Shown: positions 48,407-64,000 of the stretch, in pieces
Numbering within the stretch: position 1 is the stretch's first letter
Layout: each line of letters starts with the position of its first letter
Source of the DNA: the human T2T-CHM13v2.0 reference genome, Homo sapiens
Strand: one strand, 5' to 3'
Length of the DNA: 64,000 bases
Assembly (NCBI RefSeq): GCF_009914755.1
Contig: NC_060946.1
Notes under the pieces: model-generated
The model's input: the letters and a program-made list of their open reading frames with translations, nothing else
Databases searched by the model: none
What the model was told of the DNA's origin: nothing
Position numbers and translations under genes: made by a program

Positions 48407-50758
48407 AGTGGTTACATTTTGTGCATCCAACCTGGAGTCCCCTCCTGCATTTCAGGACATCCCTATGCCCATTTAGCTGTGTGTGAAGTGCTTTCTCTGG
48501 TGTAGTTTCCCTTCCACTAGATGGAGCTGTCAAAGTCCAAAGCAGTGTCTAGGCATGACAAATAGCTCAAGAATACCCAAGTATTTTATTGTTGATTTTG
48601 GAACTGGGACTAAAGGCAGATGATTTTATAAGTAATCTCTTTAAGAGTCATTTACTTCCATCTAATAAAAACAAATAGACAACTTTATACTGCATGGCTT
48701 ATTATACTTGGAGGATAGAATCTATAATTTAAAACAGAATTTAGATTGAACCAGCATGTATTATTTTTGGATGAACCAATATGACAACCTAAATGGATGG
48801 AGGCAGATCAGAAATAGTATACAAAACATACACAGCAGTAGTAATTAAAGACACCGAATTCAAAAAGTAAACCATGACTTAACAACATGCAAATTGAGCA
48901 ATATTTTGAGATAACACCTGCTATTCTTACTCCATTACTTTCCTTGTTGTATTCTTTCCTGCTAGCTGAGTTTGTCTTAGCCTTTGCCTAGCCACTTGAA
49001 TGTGTCATCCATCCGTTTGGCAGGTGTTTGAGGCTCATTTGCTCAGCTAAAACCAGATACACTTCTGAGTGCTAAAACCCCAACATCAAACCAACTGCCC
49101 TTACAACTCGAGTAAATTGTGTTAATATCAAATCCTAGAATCATATCTGCAATAAAATGTGGAAAAACATCAGGTAAACTGCTGAATGCCCCCTTCCATA
49201 TTTTTAGTTGCTCACACCAAAAGAAAGAAGCTAATTATAAGATATGAACCACACCATTGCAGTCAGCACCCAATCACCAAGACACAAATGTAACGAGAAA
49301 GGAAAATAGGATAGTCTACCATCTTTCAGTCTGATCTTCATTTGAAAGCATTTGTATCTAATAATTCTTTGTATAAAAGTAACTCTAAAGCAGTTTTACA
49401 GGGACATTCTCCTGCAACTGGTATGGTGTGGTCAGATACAAAGAAGTCAGTCTACCTATCTGAGGTGCCTCCTTTCAAGTGTAGGTCAGTCCTGGCACTA
49501 AGGAATAATGGAACCTCTGTCTGTCCTATTGGTCAGATAAGGAATGCTAAAAGTCAGTTGCTTTCTTTTGGTGTAAGACATAATGATTCAAACAGCTATT
49601 GCTACTTGCATCTTGGCTAACTGGTAAGTTCCCAGGCAAGCAGGGAACAGGAAAAAAAGAGAGAAAACTCAATTTGGTAAATTTGCTATAACTTAGCAAC
49701 TAGAATAAGTCCATGTTTATGTTTTTATTATTCATATCTACCCTGCTTCCACATTAGTTTGTATCAAGAGATAGTGATATTAACACATAGGCTATGGGTA
49801 AGAACTACCCTCTCAAAATTGTTAGGACAAAGAACCAGTATATTATAAACATTTGCATTTACAAGGTGATATGCAGTTGTGTCACCTTGTAACCTAACTT
49901 CATGCCTACAAGTTTTGTTTTTAACTTGGAGCCACAACTTTTTCCATTAGTAAATTGACAGAATGTAATTATCCTGACAAACCCATCTTACTTTTTTTTT
50001 TTTTTTTTGGAGACAGTCTCACTCTGTTGCCCAGCCTGGAGTGCAGTGGCGTGACCTCGGCTCACTGCAACTTTCATTTCCCAGGTTCAAGCAGTTCTCT
50101 TGTCTTGGCCTCCCAAGTAGCTGAGATTACAGGCGCATGCCCCCACGCCTGGCTAATTTTTATTTTTAGTAGAGATGGCGTTTCACCATGTTGGCCAGGC
50201 TGGTCTCAAACTCCTGACTTCAGGTGATCTGCCTGCCTCAGCCTCCCAAAGTGCTGGGATTACACGCGTGAGCCACTGTGCTCAGCCCCATCTTAGATAC
50301 TTTACAAATGATTTGTATGACTGCAAGAATGCAGGTAATCCCTGGTATCTGGGAATAATTAGAAGATGTGAATAAAGATTTTACTATACAAATATGGTAA
50401 AGAATATGAACTTAAGTAGCTGAATAACAAGAAAATTGTCTCTGGAGTTCATCCAAAAAGATAGTTTTATACCTCATTTTAGCAGTGACTTAAAGTTATA
50501 CAGGCATTACCATTAAGACTGAATCTTTTAATCTTTATACTGTCACCCACAATACATATAAATTAACCACAAGCCTGCTTTTTCCAGTAACAAATAGCAT
50601 ATCAATAATTAAGGAACACACAAAAGCATCAAGGACCAAATGACTACTAAAGAATTTCCAACTTACTCAGAATACCTTTTTAAAAATCCTTTTATTGTGG
50701 TGGGAAAAAGAAGAAAAAAAAAGGAGAAAAGGGTGGGGGGTTTGTGTCAGATACTTAC

Positions 50759-50991
50759 GCTGACTTTGGGCTGAGAAGGCAAAGTCCCACTTGCCTTCAT
50801 TGTGCTCACTAGCTTGTTGAACGCAGTCATGTCTCCGTCTTTCTTCAGTTGTCGATTGTTGGTTACGGCACTCAAGGTCTCTTCTAGGTGTTCTGCCATG
50901 AAGGGAGTTGAATTCTTCACTTGCTGGTCAACCTTCAAGCCCTTCAGACCTGCTTCTACCTCCTCCACTGAAAGCACAACCCCTGAATGTG
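50759..50991 (-). CDS. EIF4ENIF1: EIF4ENIF1 exon 10 (233 nt): SHSGVVLSVEEVEA...DMTAFNKLVSTMKASGTLPSQPKVS
   Basis: tctcag acceptor and AGC|gtaagt donor. Confidence 0.97.
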
Positions 50992-51750
50992 CTGAGAAGT
51001 TGAGAACGTCCAGGTTAAATCAAGCAAAGAGATATCTGGTAGGAATTCTCTTTGGCTAGTATGACAGATAAGATGAAAATAATTTATTTCAAAATTGAGA
51101 TGAGACTGTCAGAAAAGACTGACACCAAAAATAAACTAATAACACTTAAAATCAAATTGTGTACTAAGAGATGGCATAAACTAAACCTAAAATGTTTAGA
51201 TGCTAGAAACTGGGGGACCACAACTATGAAGTGCTATTCTTTAAAACTTGACAAGCTCCTGCTGTGCATCCTGCAGAAGGATATGAGTCTTCTGGGAGAC
51301 TTGTTACCTGGGACAAGAATCCCAGATAGCCCAACATTGCCAAGATTGCTGCCTGCACCGTGGTCATTATATCACTAAGTTTTTATGTTGAGAATTTATA
51401 GCCTAAGCAAGAACATGGAAGACTAGGGCAGATTTGTGAGGAAATGGTAAGTTATGCTCTGGAGGAATAAAACATTCACTGGAGTTTGTTTTCAACATTC
51501 ACTGGATTATTACAACCAGACCCTAGGTAAGAACTTACAGGAAAAGTTCTCATAGGGCTCATGACCCACTGTGAGATTCTCAAAGAGGTGGTATTGTTTG
51601 ATGAAATGAGTTTTTAAAAAAGAACATTAAACAAAAACCCAATATATATTTGACTTTTTATGAAACAGAGGTTATGTTAGACCCAACTGCCTGAAGACTG
51701 AACATCTAGACCTTTTCAGATATCTAAAACAGATATTCATAAACACTTAC

Positions 51751-51930
51751 AGCTTTCTTTAAGTTTTTCTTTATTTGCAGAAAGGCTGGAAAGAAGAGGT
51801 TTCAAATCCACTTTGGCTTTCTGTAGCATTTCTAAAATATCCACTTTATTTTCAGCATGGTCTTCCAATGGTATAGGAGCAAAGTAATTCCCCGAGTTCT
51901 GTCCAGGAGAGAGGATGGCTTGCTCCAGAC
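51751..51930 (-). CDS. EIF4ENIF1: EIF4ENIF1 exon 9 (180 nt): GLEQAILSPGQNSGNYFAPIP...KEKLKES
   Basis: tatcag acceptor and GCT|gtaagt donor; absent from the ORF track, translated by hand. Confidence 0.96.
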
Positions 51931-51962
51931 CTGATATTGCAAATAAACATACTCAAAATTAA

Positions 51963-52241
<279 letters not shown>

Positions 52242-52466
52242 TAACCTTGTGATCTGCCTGCCTTGGCCTCCCAAAGTGCTGGGATTACAGGCGTGAGCCA
52301 CTGCACCCGGCCCCTTCAACAATATTAAAAGGACACAAATTGAAGGCTTTTCAGTTGTCCAGAGACCCTTTGACCCTAATTGACTCCTGACTAATGAAGA
52401 TAAAATGAACCATATCAGGGAAAAACCCAGGTTTACCTTCAAGGGCAGAATCTGAAGCCATTTTAC

Positions 52467-52602
52467 CTGCAAGTCTCTCTAGCTCTTCATGTGGTGTTGA
52501 CCCAAGACTGCTGGATCGGCTTCCTGATCTGCTCGGGTTAGAGAACCACCTACTGAACCGACTGGCAGAGACTGACCCTTCTCCCAAAACATCTTCTATC
52601 AT
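52467..52602 (-). CDS. EIF4ENIF1: EIF4ENIF1 exon 8 (136 nt): [21 protein letters not shown]...ELERLA
   Basis: cttcag acceptor and CAG|gtaaaa donor. Confidence 0.97.
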
Positions 52603-52775
52603 CTGAAGAAAAAGACAATAAAAACTAATAGTTTCTAGATGAAAAAGGACAAGAAGGTTTAAATCTTATGAAAGGGTCACTTACTTTGAAACTTCCTTTC
52701 ATGCTCGTGACCTGAAGATAAATACTCTCAGAACCTAGGAATTTGAACACCTTTTTCTTCCTCCATCCTGGGTAA

Positions 52776-53018
<243 letters not shown>

Positions 53019-53151
53019 TAGTAGAGACGGGGTTTCACCATGTTAGCCAGGATGGTCTCGATCTCCTGACCTTGTGATCCGCCCGCCTTGGCCTCCCAAA
53101 GTGCTGGGATTACAAGCATGAGCCACCACACCCGGTCTACTATTTTTTTAA

Positions 53152-53441
<290 letters not shown>

Positions 53442-54641
53442 TAAAGCAAAGCCTCTATGCTACAAAAAGGTTTTTGGGTTTCTATCCTTTGCCTCAGGAG
53501 TAAATCCACGTACTACCAAATGTTCTCAGAGAACAGTGTCAATGCCACAGCATTCCACTGACAAGCTGATGAGTGACCTTCAACTAAATATCAAGTATGG
53601 GGAACTGATGAAAGAAAACCATTGCTTCAAACTTAGTGGTTTCAAGGTTGTAATGAACATTATGAAATTCAATCTTGAGAGTTTCAGAAGCCAAAGGCTA
53701 AAAAAGCAGAGCTCATAAAGACTGTAATTCCAAGTCAAAGTTTAGAAAAAGTATGATTGTGGAAGATGAAATTTCAACTGATCTCTAATTTCTGTTTGAG
53801 ATTAATAGAGAGTTTTCAGGTGTTTTCTGTTTCCAAATCCAACCTCCATAGTTCACATTTAATAAGGACAATTAAATAACACACTATGAACAATAAATTG
53901 CTTTGGTAGAAATTATGAAATAGTGCCAATCTTTCTTAAAAACTAGATTTAAGCATTTAAAAAATTTTTCAATTCAAATCATACCATAAATTCAGTCAAA
54001 TATCCAAATTGATTTTTTGCAGTATTCTTATCAATATTTAGAAAAGACAAGATAGAGCAAACATCTATCCAAAAATCAGACATATCCTTGAAAATAAGTC
54101 ATATACTTTCACGTCAATCCCACTGATAAACAGAAAACATGCTTTTTCAAAAACTGGTACATGGATGACAGAATTAGTGACTGTTTTATTTGAAATCTGG
54201 AACCCACAGTTTCCAAAGTTAAGCAGGGGAAGCTTAGATTTATTCTTTGTTCTTATCTGGAAGAATGTTTTCATAATCCATACCCAAATTAAGCCACAAT
54301 ATACTTCTTTTGAAGGGATTTTAATTCAAGACCCTAATTATTGTTTCCAGAATTTCTATTTTCAGAGGAATTATCTAGACAATTTCAATCACATTCCACC
54401 TGTAGATGCTCATACCTTAAATAATGCTGACTTTTAAGTGCACTAATTTTGTATTAATTAAAATATAAGATAAGCATGATACATCACTGTGAAAAATTGG
54501 GGAGTGTATCCAAAATATAAGCATCTTAGTGATAAACAGGAATTCTAAAAATAACTTTAAAAAGCCAGGTGCGGTGGCTCACGCCTGTAATCCCAGCACT
54601 TTGGGAGACCAAGACAGGAGGATCACAAGGTCAGGAGTTCA

Positions 54642-54878
<237 letters not shown>

Positions 54879-55089
54879 CTAACACCACCAGCTTAAAAAA
54901 GAGTTAACTGGTACAAAAATCTCATATTATCCATTAAGCCTCTCAAAACAAAGCCAACAAAAATTTAAATATGTAAGAATAAAAGCCAAAAACCCCAAAA
55001 GCATCTAGCAAAACAACACTTTCAAACCGATGTCTTAAATACTCAGGTCAAATTTAACCACACATTTTTAAGTGTGCTGCTACACTCAC

Positions 55090-55265
55090 CGAAGCCAAGC
55101 ATGGCACCTTATCAAGGTTAAAGAACTCATTAAAGTCAAAGTCTCCTGGGGACTGCTCAGGCAAGACAGCATCCCTTGGCACTTCCTGATCAGCCGCAGG
55201 CTCCTGTGCAAGGATGACCTCCACTTCATCCTCTTCGGCCACTCCTCCATTGCACTCTACTATAC
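55090..55265 (-). CDS. EIF4ENIF1: EIF4ENIF1 exon 7 (176 nt): GIVECNGG...FDFNEFFNLDKVPCLAS
   Basis: tttcag acceptor and TCG|gtgagt donor. Confidence 0.97.
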
Positions 55266-55528
55266 CTGAAAGCAAAACCAGGACAAAAACCGTCTGATAA
55301 GTAAATCACTCCAGTGTCCCTCTGTGGCTTCAGCCATCAGTATACATGTAGAAGAGCCACACATGACTTAAAAAGCAGACTTCTCGTGCAGGTACTGTAC
55401 TTGCAAGAATAAAACAGTCCCCCTTCTACGGGAGGCAGAAAAGGAAAAAAGCCTTAATAAAGCTAGAATACCAACGGGATGTGGGGAGGATTATGGTTCC
55501 CTTCGTGGGAACTTCATATTTTCTATAG

Positions 55529-55714
<186 letters not shown>

Positions 55715-56975
55715 TAATTTTTTGTAGAGACTGAGTCTCGCTAAATTGCACAGCCTGGACTTAAACTGCTGACCTCAAGTGATCCTCCTGCCTTGGCCTC
55801 CCAAAGTGCTAGGATTACAGTAGTGAGCCACTGTGTCCAGCACCATGCCTAGTTCTTTTTCTAGTGATTTTTTTTTTAAAGGATAGTCTTTGCAAGTCTC
55901 TTACTGCTTAAAAATGGAACCAAATTAATTTAGCTCTGCTTCTGCCCATGCACCTGTAGCACCACTTTCAGTCAGGGCTCAGCAACCTAAGGTATTTATG
56001 AGAAACCTGGCATGAGGGCAATTTTCACTTGCCTACAGGTTGGTTGTTGTAGCTCATCCTTCAAGGCGAAATTCAAATGTGACCTTCTCTGGGAAGCTTG
56101 CCCCGCCTACCCATTTTTGCCCTACCTAGTAAAATTAATTGCTACCTTCTCTATAATCCTTATGTCATCTCTGAGTACTTGTCACACTGTATAATAGTAA
56201 CTCTCTGGTGAGGCTAAACTCTGAGGGTAGGGAACCTGGTCTAACCAGCTTTGTCTTACTCTGTAGTGCCAGGTATACTCTACAATGTTCAGTTGTTTTT
56301 AGGATGGGGAGACAAAGTGAAACTGCCAGATGCTAACATTTAAGGCATCTGACATCTTAGTTTTTAATGTTTTTATTTGTTTTTATTTATTTTAAATACA
56401 TAGCAAGGGCAACCTAGAGACATTCTGTAGTTAGCTAATGGGATGAACCAAGACCCCTGGATTCTACTCCAGGCTCTGCCATGAAATCCATCCCTTCTCT
56501 CCAGGTCTCAATTTCTCTCTGCATCTGTAAAATAAGGAGGTGCCACTACCAATCTATCTCACTCCTGACTCCTGCACTTGATACAAGAATGGCTGAAATT
56601 CAGATTTCACCTCACTTAAGAAAAACATAATTTTTTCTCACCAGAAGCCTGATCTTTATCGTTAAAGTGGTGCTTTATTGGGTGCTGCTTTAATTAAGAA
56701 TGAGACAAAGACATATCTCAAAGCCAATTTAATAGCAAAGTCTTCCAAGTTACCTATCAATTTCTTACATTATCCTAGGGAACACTGTGTGATAGCACAA
56801 AGATAATGGTAATATGTACTATATTTTGAAGACTACAAAAGAAGATGAGTATTTTGATTCTCCATTTCCTTCTCCTTCTAAATAAATGCCATCAGCTTAT
56901 TTCTGCTTATATTTGTCTTCATCAAAATGTTAAGGTGGCACTGATTTTTCCCTTATTTATTAAAATAGCTTTCCC

Positions 56976-59548
<2,573 letters not shown>

Positions 59549-59557
59549 TGAACTGAC

Positions 59558-59759
59558 CTTCCTTCACAGAGGCTGTCCGTCGCCTTGTTCTTTTTCTCCC
59601 TTTGTGATCTTCTTCTAGTATCTTATCATCAAAGCCAGTCAGTTCGATGGTTTCAGACTGACTTGTGGGTCCAGCAGAGAACCACTCTGGTTCTTCTTCT
59701 GTGTAAGAATCATTTCTTCTACGCTCACCAAAGACACGCTTACTATCTCCAAACTCTCT
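59558..59759 (-). CDS. EIF4ENIF1: EIF4ENIF1 exon 6 (202 nt): REFGDSKR...EEEPEWFSAGPTSQSETIELTGFDD...VKE, Cup-homology (DDX6-binding) region
   Basis: ttccag acceptor and AAG|gtcagt donor; in frame with exon 5. Confidence 0.97.
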
Positions 59760-60022
59760 CTGGAAAAGTACATAAAGCAAGATTAAAAAATTTCTAGTCA
59801 AGCCATTTCTACTTCAGTCAAGGTCTTCGTTGTAATGTTCAATAGTGAAAGGAAGATATGATGCTGTATACCTGAGGCCCATCACCACCCCCACCCCTTC
59901 CTCCCTGACTGGTTTAAGAGCAGGCTGTGTTCATGCCTGTTCTCAAAGTAACCTGGTATAAAAAAAGTGAATATCAAGTCCCCAAGCACATGAACTACCA
60001 AAGAATCTAGAAGACAAACCCA

Positions 60023-60299
60023 GGTCGGGTGTGGTGGCTCACGCCTGTAATCCCAGCACTTTGGGAGGCCGAGGCAGGCCGATCACCTAAGGTTGGGAGC
60101 TTGAGAGACCAGCCTGACTAACATGGAGAAACCCCGTCTCTACTAAAAATATAAAAAGTTAGCCGGGTATGGTGGTGCGTGCCTATAATCCCAGATACTG
60201 GGCTGAGGCAGCAGTGAGTCAAGATCGTGCCATTGCACTCCAGCCTGGGCAACAAGAGCGAAACTCCGTCTCAATTTAAAAAAAAAAAAAAAAAAAAAA
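60023..60299 (+). mobile_element. Alu with an internal right-arm deletion in EIF4ENIF1 intron 5; TSD aagacaaaccc
   Basis: Direct repeat at 60011-60021 and 60298-60308; A22 tail. Confidence 0.9.
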
Positions 60300-60306
60300 G
60301 ACAAAC

Positions 60307-60593
60307 CCTGAAACGCTTGTCCTTGAAGTCCCTCTCTCGGTCTCTGTCTCTCAAGTCCCGCAGGTCCTTATCGCTAAGACGGTGATCCTTCTCAAAGGTC
60401 CGGGCAGAGATTATCCTCCCACTGCCAATCCTACGTCCACCAAGCAGACGAAGCCCATCACTATCTTTCTCTAATGGACTTCCTGAGCGCCGGGAGCTGA
60501 CAGCGGCTGTCACGTGGCAGCCCCCTCCAAAGCTCCGTCTCTGAGGGCTGAGAACAACATCTAAGTCATCTTCTTTCACACGCTCTCGTGGAT
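60307..60593 (-). CDS. EIF4ENIF1: EIF4ENIF1 (4E-T) exon 5 (287 nt): DPRERVKEDDLD...RRIGSGRII...KDKRFR
   Basis: ttccag acceptor and AGG|gtttgt donor; translation matches 4E-T residues ~100-195. Confidence 0.97.
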
Positions 60594-60954
60594 CTGGAAG
60601 GACGTGGGAAAGACAAAGTTAAACAAACCAACAAGGGTGTTTTCTTCTTTTTTAGATAGTATGTCCATGACTGATGGGAGGAAGGGGATGGTTGGAAGAG
60701 AGTCACCACTAAAATTGGGCTTATCAGCAGATTCAGGGTAACATGTACATTATGTATTTAAATAAGGCTGAGACATTGGCCTTCCTCTTTGCAGCAATAG
60801 AAGTACGTCACGATAAATAATTTTCCATGATTAGTCTTTGCAGTGCCTTTATTTTGACCAAATCCTTATCTAAGAATTATTAGCAAATGTTTTGTCAACT
60901 AATAAACTACAGCAGGCGTATTTGAAAAAATAACTGCTTAAAAAGTTAAAGTGT

Positions 60955-63445
<2,491 letters not shown>

Positions 63446-64000
63446 GGTGTAGGAAGAACAAACATGTCACCATACAAAAAATGTCTTCCTAGAAAAACCA
63501 GGAAACTGAAGATTAGTCCATGTGAGAAAAATCTGCTTTAATTCTGTTATCACAAACAGCTCCTAGAATGTTCTGTTGTGTACTTTTACAGAATTTCTGT
63601 GCAGTCTGTTTTTTCCAAACACAGGATACAATATGGAGAGTTTTCTATGAGTCAGTACGTCATGAACATTATTTGCCAATAAACACATCTGCAACATGGT
63701 TTTACAGGACAATGCAATGTAACATTCCCATATATGGATACACCGAAGTTTACGCGACCCATTTCTACCGTTGGATATTTAGGTTCCTTCTCAGTTTTCA
63801 TCATTTTAATAAAGTCTCTGCATATCTTTAATGATTCTGCTAGAATAAATTCTTTGAGAGACATTACTGTACTGAGTGTACTGACAGACTGTGTAGAAGG
63901 GTCTTATAGCTTAAACTAGAGCCGGGCTATCTTTTTCGTTTAGTTCCAAGTTTTTATGATGAGTCGTCCTCTCATCTCAAAAAAAGTTCTTGCAACAAGT

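Overview
Human (or near-identical great-ape) genomic DNA from the DRG1/EIF4ENIF1 locus, which I recognise as chr22q12.2. The + strand carries the last six coding exons (4-9) of DRG1, a translation-associated OBG-family GTPase (G3 DLPG, G4 NKID, G5 ISAH, C-terminal TGS domain; stop at 30569-30571). The - strand carries the last 15 coding exons (5-19) of EIF4ENIF1/4E-T, encoding residues about 100-985 (stop at 36482-36484). The genes are convergent, with about 5 kb between their 3' ends. All exon boundaries were read by hand, are GT-AG and join in frame; exon numbers come from my memory of the reference annotation. The introns are saturated with Alus (on the order of 80-90 copies and fragments), plus old L1M, L2, MIR, MLT1 and MER elements. 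Almost all entries in the ORF track are Alu artefacts. I see no evidence of a new protein-coding system, RNA gene or CRISPR-like array. The best leads are RNA-processing features of EIF4ENIF1: (1) a long (UG)n tract beside cryptic splice sites and an intronic AAUAAA upstream of cassette-like exon 11, resembling a TDP-43-repressed cryptic element; (2) an Alu whose target-site duplication copied the exon-5 splice donor; (3) an in-frame exon 5-6 block holding the DDX6-binding region and flanked by inverted Alus; (4) several in-frame alternative splice sites and a candidate 27-nt microexon; (5) Pumilio elements lying between tandem poly(A) signals. These are sequence-based hypotheses that need RNA data.
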